Shown here: positions 27,232 to 41,159 of the stretch, one piece after another
Layout: the number at the start of each line of letters is the position of its first letter
How positions within the stretch are numbered: the first letter of the stretch is position 1
Source: Lingula anatina
Taxonomy: Eukaryota; Animalia; Brachiopoda
Reading direction: 5' to 3'
Assembly: GCA_051362555.1 (NCBI GenBank)
Contig: CM120644.1
Location: 8,502,954 to 8,566,953, forward strand
Length of the DNA: 64,000 bases
The notes under the pieces: model-generated
What the model was told of the DNA's origin: nothing
The model's input: only the letters and a program-made list of their open reading frames with translations
The model's database searches: none
Made by a program: the position numbers and the translations under genes

Positions 27232-28955
27232 GCTAGGTTCGTGTTTTCAACTTGTCGGATTTCTTTACGTTTTAATATTAACATTTTCAATGCAGCAGGG
27301 TGTGAGTATTATTCCATACCATAACTTAATATTTTGGATAGCTTATTAATTTTTTATTCCTTGCCTGGGGCCAATTGCACTCTGAATGCAAAAAAACAGA
27401 GCATCGAAGGACTTGCTTATGAACGAAGCACCGAGCGGGCACTGACACTAGGACAGTGACAGTTGTGTAGGATGCTTGCATTATTCCCAATTAAACGTTG
27501 TACATAGCTGTTGGCATCCGCTGTCATAAGCTACGATTATCTGTCCCGGAAAAATAATGAAGAGTGGGCATATTTGGTCTCGAGTAAGGTTGAAGGCGTT
27601 CCTAGTTAAGATAGGTATATCAGAAAAATTTTCAAACTGATCAGAAAATTAAAATACTTATATCATCTGAAAGGTAATGCAAAAACCGGATGAAATCATT
27701 TGGAATTTTTTAAATATTCCTACAAGCAACAAAGATATTGAAGTTTTTTAACTGCAAAAATCCACCAAAAGTGTCCACACTTCTCAGCTCAAAACCTGTG
27801 CCCACTGACCAGCAGTGATCACTCAGGCGCAGCAGAGCACCCTGTGTGTCTTTTGTGTGCTCAGCCTATTGTCTGGCTCACATAGCCTGTGACTAATCAG
27901 GGCAAAGCTATTTCCCTGTGGTAATTTTCACATCATGTAATATTGCGGATTAAATTAACTATACTTCGCAACCTTCAAATTTCATGATTTTTCTACATAA
28001 TATAGCAAATTTCATAAACTTTGCTGGATATAAATTTCAAAAAGATGATACCAGCACTTACCTGAAATTTTTTATCATTTTGTAGAGGCAAAGCTTAAAA
28101 CAAGCAGAACCGAAACTTGTCAAAGAATGCAACATGGGAAAATCACGTGACCGGATTTTACTCTTTGATTTACAACTTATTTAGTTAATGGCTTGTATTA
28201 GTTTTTTTACGCGGCGCTAAAAGAGAGATTTAAAAAAGGGGTTCCATAGGCGAACTGTCAGCAGGCCGACTTCAGTTTTACACTTCACTGCCCGTGGACA
28301 GTTACGACTGTAGCGCCCCTAGCGGATTGTGATCTACCTAGTTAAGACTAGTATTTGTTTGTTTATTTACATTATTATTATGATTATTACCGGTATTTTC
28401 ATTCTCCAACTTTTAGCCGTCTGTATGGTTGAGTTTCAGTTCTCTCCAAATGGTTGATGCCCAGAAATGCTTGAGTCATGACAGTAGCAAGAAACTCTGT
28501 TTGCTTAACCAAGGAGTTATAACTCCTTGGCTTAACATACCAGTACTGTACATGTAGATGCAAGCTGTAAAGCATGTTTATAAACGTAATTTTAATGTTT
28601 TTTTTTTTTACTTCATGCAGTTATCAATTCATAAACCCATTCACCTATTGGTATGTATCCTTTTGACACCAGGTAGCTGCAGCAAGAAGTTTTACCATAG
28701 ACTATGACAAGAACACATTCCTCAAGGATGGACAGCCATTTCAATACGTATCAGGCAGTATTCACTATAGCCGTGTGCCTTACTACTACTGGCAGGACAG
28801 ACTACAGAAGATGTATGCAGGGGGACTTAATGCCATTCAGACGTAAGAATATAATATAACTGTACTTTATTTATTTATTCATTCATTCATTTATTTATTT
28901 AGATTTTTCTTGGTCATTGATTGTGTTGACCATAGCACCTGCTTTCTTTTCTCTC

Positions 28956-28986
<31 letters not shown>

Positions 28987-31900
28987 ATTGTTACCCCATT
29001 TTTTGATAAAATTTTGATAAAACTAGAATTTAACAACTGCAGCTGAAAATGCAGCAGCATGAAATCTAGTTAAGAGCAATTCATGTGATATCTCTAAGCC
29101 TCTTATGCAAAGATAACTACATGCATTATGGTTGTAAATTTTGTTAAAATGGTATGAAGGAGATTCTTGTTGCATTTATTAAGAAAGTTAGGCCATAAAC
29201 AAGTTCATAAGTTGATCAATGTGACAAATAATTAACTTCACGGTACTAGTATTTCTTATAGTATGTATTCATAAACTTTGGTCACTTGCTAAAATAAATA
29301 GCATATTCTATTAATTTTATTCTTTTAATGGCAGATGCACTCAGTGGTTTTAAATATTTTTTAAAAATAATTTTTCAGCTATGTCACCTGGAACACACAT
29401 AACCAGGAACCTGGTGTGTTTGACTTCACTGGTCAGAATGACATAGAGCACTTCCTCAAGCTGGCCAATGATGTGGGTCTGGCAGTAATACTCAGGCTTG
29501 GACCTTATGTGTGCGGGGAATGGGAATACGTGAGTATGTCTATGATACAAGCTGGTTTTTTATGAGATTTAAACTGCAATCTTGTTTGGTTTTAGGGCAT
29601 TTGTTTTATGTTGAATAAGGAATTTGTATTTGATTTAACTGGAAAAGTCTACCAAAGAAGTGATGTCACCAAACTGAGGGTTGGACCTTGTGTTAAGGAG
29701 GAATTTATGCAAGCTGCATTCTTATAGAATAGTAAAATATACTTACCTAACACATTTACACATTTCTCACAGAGAAACAAACAATTTTATATATGGATTC
29801 TGTTTAGTCCCTCCATTGACCTTTTGTTGGTAGTATATACATCAAGTTACAACTTCATGTTGATTAAGTCATCTGTTCTCAACTCTAACAATGACTATTT
29901 CATTGGTTCGATAAATCAGTGCTGAAGTGCTGACTGTTTCTTGAAATTGTGTATTTCATTTTCAAATTTGTCAGGGTGGTTTTCCAGCATGGATCATCAG
30001 GAAGAATGCCTCCATTATAACAAGAAGTAGTGACCCTGGTAAGCAGATTACTCTAGTGAGTTGCTGGAATAAGGTGTATAAAGAGTGCCACCAAATAATG
30101 CTGATTTTAGAGTATATTTATTCATCTTGCCTTTTTGCTTTCTCATACATTTTTCATAGCACAATTAAAAGTATTTTTTTTTATTTTTAAATGCATGTAT
30201 GATGTATAGTGGAAGTACTTTGAATGAGTTAAAGAACAAATGAATTAAACTGTTCGTGTATTAAATAATAAAATGGCAGTGCCTTAAACTTTAAACTAAA
30301 ATGTTAATTGATTTTCAGCCAAATGTTGCAGGCTTCACCATTCTTGACATTAAATATTACTTATCTTTACAATACCCAGGTTTTATAGCTCCTGTTGACC
30401 AGTGGCTGAGTGTTTTATTGCCCAGAATTAAACCACTGCTGTATGCTAATGGTGGACCAATCATCATGGTGCAGGTGGGTCATGTGACACTGAGGCCGTG
30501 TTCACACCAGCATAAAGTTAGATCAGTATTAAATAAATTTTATTTATTTATTTATTTATTTCTTTAATACCAAACAACTTGGTCATAAGGATGTCCGTTT
30601 AAGTTCAGGCCTTTAATGTTTAAATCCCACAGTGGTAATTCTAGTAGTAATACATTCTTGATTAAAGCAATGTCATGGGTTTTGCTTGGTGACTGATGTT
30701 AAAAGACATGACATAGCATAAATTTGGTTCAAATAAACTGTGCATAATCATGACCAGCAATTTAATTGTAAATACTTGTTTTGGTCATATACAGCAGCAT
30801 GTTATGCAAAAGAGACATAATTTTGTGTCACTAAAAATAAGTTACTAGTATAGTAGCAAATTATGATAGTAGTCCTATAAATCAGTTTACAGTCACATGT
30901 GGCCTGGAGATGTCCATATGACCTCTTATAAGTGCTATAATTTTTGCCAATAATGCCATCTATTATTAACAGCGTGAACCTTCACAATTAGGTTGAGAAT
31001 GAATATGGCAGCTATTTTGCCTGTGATTACGACTACCTGAGATATTTGCGTGAAAAAGTGCTCAAGTATCTTGGGAATGATGTGGTGCTATTCACAACGG
31101 ATGGAGATGGTGAGGGTTATCTCAAGTGTGGAACTTTGGAGAGTCTCTATTCCACTGTGGACTTTGGACCAGGTGAATTAAGGTTTATTAATTGATTCTT
31201 GGAAACTAAATGATGAATTCAATGGTTCTTATGATTAGATCAAATTATACATATTTTTATCTCAGTATGTGGATTTTCAAATTTAACCATACTGTTTTAC
31301 AGAGCATTTTTATTTATCTTATAAAAAAGATTCAGATTTTTTTCTGACAGATTATTAAAATTATTAGTTAAAAAAACTTAAGGAATTCACATTTAATTAT
31401 ATAAACCTTTTGAGTGATTTTAAAGAAACTAAGTGTCCTGTATTTTAATCAGACACAGTGTATATTTAAGATAAAGCACATACGAAATTCAGTGTAAGAA
31501 TGAGATAGCTACTCAATTAGAAAAAAGTATTCTGCTGTTGAATGCAACAGATTATAATAAGCTTAAATTACCAGAAGCATTGTGCATTAGTTAAAAAGTA
31601 CTTTAAGTGTTTTTTCAAGAAAAATCATTATTCTTAAAAAATTGTTGAGTGATATTCAAATCTTTAACCAGTCTTAGTTGCATGTTTTAATTGTTTTATT
31701 TTACCCAGGGTTTAATGTTTCCAATGTGTTTGCACCCATGCGAAAGTGGGAACCGAAAGGACCTTTGGTGAGTTAATTTACAAATACTACACGTACCACC
31801 TGTATTTTAACTTCCCCTAACATAAGGTTAAATATTGATTTTAAGTAATGCAGGGGAATTTAAGGTACTACACCATTTTGTTTCATTATAAGGACCCTCC

Positions 31901-33833
31901 GCACTCACATATACCTGCCACCACCGTGTGTTTAAATGTGAAATATTTACTTAACCAACTGATAACTATTCACTTTAGTAATATGAATGTAATATATCTT
32001 CTTTTCTCATGGATTTTTTTTTAATCTTCCCCTTTGGCACTATTTAATTGTAAAAAGGGAACTGTTACAGGAAATAACTCCTTTTAAAAGTTTATCAAAT
32101 GATTATTTGTGCTACTATTACAGTTACTTCTGTTTTCAGGTATGTTTTTATTCACAATTCACTTTTTTATGTAATTTCTGAACATTTAACGATTTAGTAG
32201 GATGATGGCTAGGGCTATCAACATTGATAGACACCCTCTGCTACAGGCATTTTTCATTCACAATCTGTGTTTTCCAGGTAAATTCAGAGAAACATACTGG
32301 CCAGATGGATACCTAGGGCTAGCCACACTGCTGTTCACTCTATACTAGATATATGCTCTTCAATCTGTACTTTTTTCCAGGTGAATTCCGAGTACTACAC
32401 AGGCTGGCTGGACCACTGGGGTTCCCCACACTCACACACTCCCTCTGCCACAGTGACCCAGTATCTGGATGACTTGCTGGGGTATGGGGCCAACGTGAAC
32501 ATGTAAGTAGGACCTACATAGGGGTGGAATGTTATAGGGATACGGTAATTTTCTTTGTTTAGAATGTGGGTTTTGGTACAGAAAGATCCAAAATTAAGGA
32601 AGTATAGAGATGGGGCGGTGTTGTTCTCCTTTGTTTTTATTATTATTTTTTAAATATTGATGTATTTATTTAGTTTTGGTTCTCTCATCTCATACCTCCA
32701 TAAACCAAGTCATAATTATGAAATAAGTTTAACTGATGTTTTTACTTAACAAACAAAATGAGAAAATTACCCAAATATACTGATAATAATTATCTGACTT
32801 AACCAGTATGAATTTTCAAATGAGTATGATTACAACAGACTAGTAAAGTCTTGTGTTTTTGTCCAGGTACATGTATGAAGGTGGCACAAACTTTGGTTTT
32901 ATGAATGGTAAGCCTTTTGATTTACATAATTACCTCCACCAAGAAGGTTGTTTCCACCCCTGTTTGTCTGTCTGTCTGTCTGTCTGTTTGTCATCAACAT
33001 AACTCGAAAAGTTATGGACCAATTTTGATGAAATTTTCAGGGTAGGTCGGAAATGGGTTAAGTGATTAGTTTTTAGAAGTGATTAGTTTTTGGTGGTGAT
33101 CCGGATCAATAATCAATCAATAATCAATAATAACCAAAAATCGCTGCCTTGGCGGAGGTCTGTGCTCTTGGAGTGCTTTTCTAGTCTTTAATATAGAATG
33201 CTTACATAGTTGTCAAGGTTGACTGACTTCCATATTAGGTGACATGCTTAAAAGTTAGAGTTAATATATTTAACCCAATATACATAATAACAGAAAACAC
33301 ATTTTAAAGAAAATAGTCAAGATAGTGCTTTATCATTCATTTTTCAGGTGTAAATTACCCAAGCTTTTCCCCAGTACCTACAAGTTATGACTATGATTCC
33401 CCTCTGACTGAGGCAGGTGACATTACAGAGAAATACATGGACATCAGGGCTGTTATTGCTAAGGTAGTCTATACTTTGCCATGTCCCCCATTCTGTCTTA
33501 TTTAGACCAGAAATAGAGCATTTAATTTACTGACTTGATTGTTTGTGTTAGTCAGCATTTCACTTCTTGTAAAAGCAGTGTGGTGAAGCTTTGAGTAAAG
33601 CATTTCAAAGCAATATTGTTTTGCTACTAATATACTTGCATTTATAAAACGGCAATACCATTACAATTGTCAGAATGTTTATTAAAGAAACAAACAGAAT
33701 TAGGAATGGTTACTGTTTATCTTAAGTAGGGTTAAAAGTGTAGGTTTAAGTCTACTGAGTATTTTTTAATTTGTTTTACATTTGTGGTGACACCTTAACA
33801 TATAAATAGAAATGTGTACAAAGTGACAACATT

Positions 33834-33868
<35 letters not shown>

Positions 33869-36800
33869 TTTTTGACAAGAAAATGAACAAATTTTCCTAT
33901 CCATTGCTGGATATAAGGTCTAACTCGTATGTTACAGCATATGAAGGTACCCCAAGTCCCCATCCCCCCTAACACACCTAAGTATGCCTATGGAAGAGTG
34001 AACATGATGCTGGTAAGACCAGAAATTGCCATAATAATTGAAGCCAGAAAAGTCTAATAAAATATCAGTTTAAATAGTCTACAGTTACCATTTATGTCTA
34101 TGACAATGACAGACAGGTTGTAAAATGTCAGTGCATTTCTTACATGGAATTTTATCTTCAAAAGTATCTTTTAAATTGGAGAAACCTGTCAATTTTTTCT
34201 TTTGTTTATTCAAGTTTTGTGCTTCTGTAACTTCTGTTTTCAGATGTCCACTGTTCCTAATCTATTGGACAAGCTGACCCACCATGGCCCTTTTGTCACT
34301 AGGTACCCTCTTACCATGGAACAAGTCTACCAGGTGGGTTACTCATCACCTCTTTGATAACTAATTGGTGTTCTTTAATTCTTAGATGATTTAATTTAAG
34401 TAACACTGCCGAGTGATTTTATCATAGCTATGTCCTAAGATATTAGTTTCTAATTCAACAACTTGGGGCTTGACACTTACTTTTTTTTTCTCTTTTTTCT
34501 CCAATGGCCTTCAGGCCAGTCAAGTCTGGTAAATATTACAAGTCTTTGAGTTACTTTGTGCATTAGATTGTATTTGCCTTTCATGACAGTAACCCCTGTA
34601 ATTCACTGGCCTAAGATTGGTTTTCAGTGGTCCTGGGTTAGCGGGATACCTATTATGTTGAGCCCTGCAACTTACTGTGGTTGTTTAAGAGTAATGATGG
34701 TACTATATCAGAACTATTGTTTTATATTTTACAAACAAACATGGTTCTTTTCCAGAACTATGGTTTCATATACTATCGTCATGTGGTGAAGTTAGACTGG
34801 CACAATGCAGTGCTGGATGTCTCTGCAGTACGAGACAGGGGATATGTTTTGATTAACAGTGTAAGTTATTAATGATTTTCAAGTTTTCTGTATGATTATT
34901 GTAAAGAAGAGATGAGAACTATATTGAAAAAAATCATAAAGAGACAAGGCAGCAAAGCTGTCAAATGTACAGACAAAAAGCAGACAATAACAATGCACAA
35001 AACAGGCTACTGTCAATTCTGATGCAAAAGTACATTATGCTTAACTGCAAATTCAACATCAAATTTTAATTATGCTCAACAGGTAATACCAATGTAAGTG
35101 AAATGTGTAACAAGCGTAAGGCTTCAGGCCCATGGGAGTTTAAGTTCACACTTTGAAAATGCCAGAATGAGAAAAATGAAAATTTCACATAAAACTGCTT
35201 AAATTCAATAATAAATGATAACCCATTTGAGCTGGCTTTCTAATTTGAACTGCATGCCAATCCTACAAATCATACTTGTAAGTTGAAAATAATAATAAGT
35301 AACACAGTTTTCTTTTCATAATGTTTGTAGTAGCAGTGCAAAAAGATTTTTGTCAATTTTGATGTAACACTACATAATAAATTACAGAATAATTATCACC
35401 AATTTTTGACTATTGACTATAAATAGCATGGACATGTAGAAAATTTGATTACCATTTGGCTTCATGTCCATGGGAGCTTCGAGTCCCACAATGAATATAC
35501 CAACATGATAAAAATGAATATTTCACTAAAATGTATAACTTCCAGAAAAAGAAGCCAATTAGACTGCTTTTCCAACTCAGGCTGCATTTTAGTCCTTTGT
35601 TTCTTTTTTGAAAGTTTGACAATCATAAGTAACATGGTTTTCCCATAATGGTCATCATGGCAGCAGCACCCAAAATTGTTTTTTCTTCTATTTTAATGCA
35701 ATATTACATAATGCTTAACAGCATAATGACCATCAGTTTTTAATAATAAAAGATCCGTATCGTGGATTTCCAGAAAATGTGATTAGCATGGGTCTTCAAG
35801 CTCGTGGAGGTTCTAAGTCACACCTTGAAAATGCCAATATGTGAAAAATTAAATTTTCACAAAAAACTGATTAACTGCCAAAAAAATTTACCAAATAGTC
35901 TGCATTGCCCACTGAAGCTTTATTTAAGTCCCATGTTTCTTCCTGTAAGTTTGAGAACAGAAAGTGACATGGTTTTCCTTAAATGGTCATCATGGGAGCA
36001 GTGTCCAAAATAGGGGTGTCTTCAAATTTTGATGCACTATTACATAATGTTTAACAGGATAATTACCATCAATTTTTAATAATAAAATATTAGTATCATG
36101 GATATTCAGAAAATGTTCCTAGCAAAGGTCTTTAGGCCAAAGGAACTTCAAAGTCACACCTTGAAAATGCCAAAATGTAGACAAGACAGCACTGTCCTGA
36201 AATGTGTTTTTTTCCATTTTTAACACTTTTTTAACATATAACAAAATTAACAATTTACTGCTATTTATATATGATCAACTAAGAAAATTGATGAGATGGG
36301 AAAAATATCAATAGAACAGTGTTTAATGTCCAATTTCCTCCATTCTGAGTTTCTGAACATAGTGAATGAATGAATCTGACAAACTGCAATGATATGAGTT
36401 TATTTCCATTTTTGAAACACTATTATACAATACATGATAACAAGTTTACCATCATTTTTACATAATTAACTAACAATGTTGTAAAGATGCAGGAAATGTC
36501 AAACAAACACTTTTACGAATCTTATTAGTTAAATAATGAGACTGTTAACATGCCTAAGAATTGAATCTGAGGAAATGTTTAAAAACAGCATAACTTATAA
36601 AATAATGGCCCGATTATGCTGATTTTCGAACTTGACCTACGTTTTAGTAAGATTGATTACTCCTGTGAGTTTCATGACAACAGGTCTATCAGTTTTCCTT
36701 GAAATGTGTTAACAGTGTTGCACATATGCTGAAAAGTGAAAAAAACAGCATAACTACTAAAATAGTGGCCCGATCATGCCGATTTTCGAACTTGATCTGC

Positions 36801-39293
36801 GTTTTAGTAAGATTAATTACTCCTGTGAGTTTCATGACAACAGGCCTATCGGTTTTCCTTGAAATGTGTTAACAGTGTTGCATATATGCTAAAAAGTGAA
36901 AACACAGCATAAATACTACAATAATTGCCCAAACATGCTGATTTTCGAACTTGACCTGCGTTTTATGAATATTCATCAGCTCTGTAAATATAAAGCCAAA
37001 AAGTAAAACTGTCTTCCACTTATTGTGTTAACGATGAAAGTGCACGGCGACGGCGACGGCGACAGGGACGGCGACAGGGACGGCGACGGCGACGACAGAC
37101 GCAGGTGATGGCAATATGTACAGACACATCTGTGTCTGTGCATAATAATATAGTGAAAAAAGGGGGATTTATTTTTTACTAATCTTTATTTCAAAACCGC
37201 TTGTTTTAGTACAGCTTCAGACTAAACAATACCACATCAAACCTAATCAGCATTTTATTCAGAAAACAAATATTCTTGAGACCAAGGTCGTATATATATC
37301 AGCTATTCTTAAACTTTTTCTAAAACACAGTGACTAGGTACAACATAAGTACAAATATTGCTTTTATAAGTGTTCTTATTAGATATATGATATGAAGGTA
37401 ATAATAATGACAGTTTAATGTCCCAGGTACCTCAAGGTGTGGTCATCAGGGAGTCCAGCCAGACTAAACTGACCATCACAGCCCTGACTGGCCAGTATCT
37501 GGACATCCTGGTGGAAAACCAGGGGAGGATTAACTATGGGTCAGGCATCAACAATAACACCAAGGTACAAGATGGAGGATTAAAACCATAGAATTTGGAG
37601 GGAAATCTGTAAATTTTTACTTTATTTGGGAACAGCTGGACATTAACAGTAACAATAAGTTACCAAAGTGAGATTACCCCCCCCCCCAAAAAAAAAAAAA
37701 AAAAAAAAAACTCAGCAATTTAAGGAACATTGTAATACAAAAATTACTCTGAGGTAACAAATTAGAGAGTTTGTAAGTATTGGCAATTTTCAAAGTTTTA
37801 CAGTATTTTGAATTTGTACTATTTAATTGGGTTTAAGAAAATTTTTATCTTATTGATGTTATTCAATAACATGTTTAAGTTACACGAAACTATTTTTAAT
37901 CCAGATATTGTTAGAAACTACATGACATTAATCCTGCAGATTTCAATATAAGTTGCACTATACAGTGAAATCTCATTTTGTTCATTTGAAAATTCAAATG
38001 AAAGTGATTGATTCAGAAGTTCAGTATGTATTTTTTGGTTTGATAATGTGTACAGGTTGTTGAATTTAAACCAATATAACAGTTGTTCATGTTCAATTTC
38101 AGGGTCTGATTGCTAATGTTACTATAAATGGACTCATCCTGAAAGATTGGTTTATATATCCACTGAATGTGTCAGAAAAGGTGCTTAATAACCTGGACTC
38201 AGCAGTCCAGTCCAAACAAAGGTAGTGCATAGAAATCTTTCCGTTGATCTATCTCAAGGTTGTCAAAACTTTTGATTGATAGTGATAGGGATTGTTTATT
38301 GTTGGAGTAGAAAAAGTGTCAATTTTAAGTAATTCAGTGACAGTTACACCTCATCTTTTAATTTTCATTGAACTTTCTTTGAATTATGAAACTTGAACAT
38401 TTCCATATTATGAAAGTTACTAGTCTTATAGACTAAGTACTGTAGCAAAACTTTGTTTACTCTGCAAATTCCTAGTCATTAAAAAGATTAGAAAGTTTTT
38501 TTAATGAGAGGAGATTGGGATTCTATAATGGTTAAATATGATAAAGATGTAATTGTGATTGTAGTGATCTTTATTTATTTATTTATTTATTTATTTGTTT
38601 ATTTATTTATTTATTATCAGTTCTCCTCCCAAGTATTCTGGTGTCAGCCAGTACATTACTCCTTCCTTATTTGTGGGCCAGATCCAGATGCCCAACAAAA
38701 CTGGGTTCCCACAGGATACATACCTCAGGACTGATGGCTGGTTTAAAGTAAGTGAAATAACTTCAGTTGTATAGTCAAGCCAATCTCCTGTCACTTTACT
38801 CTGCAACAGAGGCCCTTTTATGTGTAGCTGTTACAAAATCAGTTGAAGGTCCTTCCTTCAACAAATTTAATTGTGACTGGTAATACAAATAGAAGGGCTT
38901 CTGGCAGAGAGTGCCTTCGGACTAATAAGTCTCTCAGACTGCCAGTTAGCAATCTCATTGCTGTCTTGACGCATTCTCATGATGAAACTTTTTTTCTTTC
39001 AGGGCCAGGCCTATGTCAATGGGTTTAACCTGGGGCGGTACTGGCCCAGTGCAGGCCCCCAGCTGACTCTCTATGTCCCCAAGGGGGCCCTCAGGCCCTA
39101 CCCCGCCACTAACACACTGGTGCTCCTAGAGCTGGAATATGCTCCATGTAGCCAGACACGAAATGAGATTGAGGTGGACTACTGCTTTGTGGAGTTTGTG
39201 ACCACACCTGTTATCAATGCCACTACTGTTAGTCTGGAGAGGAGGGAGGAATGGAATAGGGCTGGGGGATTTAATTGGCATGATCAGCATTAA
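27224..39293 (+). CDS. GLB1: Lysosomal beta-galactosidase (GH35), 17 exons, 673 aa
   Basis: Exons 27224-27301, 28673-28842, 29379-29529, 29975-30038, 30380-30474, 30992-31172, 31709-31767, 32381-32502, 32867-32907, 33348-33463, 33938-34012, 34244-34333, 34756-34860, 37427-37564, 38103-38221, 38621-38747, 39003-39293 (2022 nt, open frame). Signal peptide, [24 protein letters not shown] (acid/base Glu), [13 protein letters not shown] (nucleophile Glu), [36 protein letters not shown]. Confidence 0.96.
27612..28340. mobile_element. Non-autonomous DNA transposon in GLB1 intron 1
   Basis: Terminal inverted repeats TAGGTATATCA / TGATCTACCTA, flanked by the direct repeat GTTAAGA (27605-27611 and 28341-28347). 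Confidence 0.7.
32929..33185 (+). mobile_element. Non-autonomous Helentron-like element (HINE/DINE-1 type)
   Basis: Subterminal inverted repeats acctccaccaag (32932-32943) / cttggcggaggt (33148-33159), a (GTCT)n microsatellite near the 5' end, a gatccggatc core, and a short 3' hairpin followed by ttttctagt. Confidence 0.75.
35630..36180. repeat. Two diverged tandem copies with ~336-bp period in GLB1 intron 13
   Basis: acatggttttcc..aatggtcatcatgg..aagtcacaccttgaaaatgccaa starts at ~35632 and again at ~35967; a third fragment lies near 35142. Confidence 0.7.
36170..37147 (-). mobile_element. Helentron/pearl-like element carrying a ~160-bp satellite array
   Basis: Units with 159-160 bp period (cagcataa at 36586, 36746, 36905), then a (GACGGC)n tract at 37045-37100 and a terminal hairpin tatgtacagacac-atct-gtgtctgtgcata at 37115-37144. 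The left boundary is uncertain. Confidence 0.65.
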
Positions 39294-41159
39294 AAGGGGT
39301 GGTGGTGGGTGATTGTGATTTTATATATTCGGGTACAGGTGCTACCAGTTGAATTGACTTATCTTTTTTAAAAAATTATTAGTGGTGTTTTTTTATAGAT
39401 TCAGAGTTAGGGACAACGATGGTGAAGTGTCTGGCAATATATCTAACTTTTTTTGATGTGATTTTTTTATAAATTTTATGAATTGCTGTTCACATCTCTA
39501 TTTCTTATACTTCCACATAGTTATGTATTTATGTGCAATTTGATTGTTATCTTATGCAGCCGAATGACATTCTATGTGATTGGTTTGAAAAATTTGGAAA
39601 TTGATTAAAACAGCTTCATATCAAATGTGAGATTATCTGCACCATCGATAACTCACATATGCGCATGCGCGCGCACACACACTCACACACATTGATATCT
39701 AGATAAATTTACATTATCCATGAATCACATTTATATGTCTTTTAACATATATTTTTTTCTGTTAGGAAATTTCATACAGATCATTATATAATAGCATTCT
39801 TAAATATTTTCATAGTTGTCTTTTCAAATTACATATCATCTTTATGCCTGTCTTAAGCTGCTCTGACTATATGAAATCCAGAATCATTTGAATTCAATCC
39901 CAAAAGTATGAAGGCAGTAGTAGTAGTTGTAATTGATAGAATTTCCTAGATGAAATTATTGTTAAAATGTGCATTCACTTGATCAAACATTCCAATTGAT
40001 TATTAAATGTTTCTCTAGCGAAGTTGCATATTAGGTTTCAGATATTGTGACTGATTAGGACTATAGTGTATGATTGCAATATTTGTTTTGAATGAGATTT
40101 AGGTTTAAATATATAAATGTAATAATATATATATATTGTGAGATCAAGTGAGTGATGAATGATAGCAAGAAAAGTTAATGGCCAGTTAAACATAAGGAAA
40201 CTTGTTAGTATACATATTTTAAAGAGACTGGTATAAGATAGTTAAGATAGTGATAGGAGTCTCTCAACTGAGAATCTGAAAACACAATCAAAATTTGTTT
40301 CTCCAGAGTGCTAGTCCATCAAACAGTATGTCAACAAAACATTTTATACAGAAAAGTGTTCATTTTATGCAGAAAAGTTCTTTGTTGCTCTGGGTCAAAC
40401 CCACATGTGATATGCCTACGAAGTCTTCTTTATATTTTTGAATACCTCATTGTTATGTCCGTATGAGTTTGTCTCATCTGTGTTCTTTGAGAAAACGTGC
40501 TGGCACTGTATTGTTTTGTGATATTGTATTTGTTACTTCATATTACAACAAGGTCCTTTGGAATCCTCTTGGGGTTCTCATTAGTTGAGGGATGTTCTAG
40601 TTGTGGACAATGTTTGTGTACATTACTGGATTTACAAAGGTACTGCTTGTTTGCTTGCTTATTTCATTTTGACTAGTCCAATAGTGCCTCACTCACTTCA
40701 AGGAGCCTTCCTGGTTATGTGGAAGGTTACACTTCAAGTCAGTTAAATTATGCTATTTGAATTTTTTACAGCAATAAACATTGATTAATTAGCGACAGAG
40801 TAAAATTCTGCTAGAAATAAGTATGTTAACGTCTTTGTGAATAAAAAGTTGTTTACACATAAATAACACATTATCACGTTTCATTTCTCATTTCCGTTTT
40901 GTTACAGTGAATTATCACTTCTCGTTATAATTATCAAGGCACATTTGGCTGTACTTACAATATATTAAGCACGCAATTCGGCTCGAATCTGATACCAGCT
41001 ACACAATTATCAGATTTTGTCAAGAACCAAACCCTAACCAAACCCTACAGACAACCCTTTAACCGTCGGAAACCACATATTCCATTACTCAATTGTATCT
41101 GGTAAAAGTTATATTATAGAAATTACTTGTCAAGGTATGCTTTCGTAACTGTCAATTCA

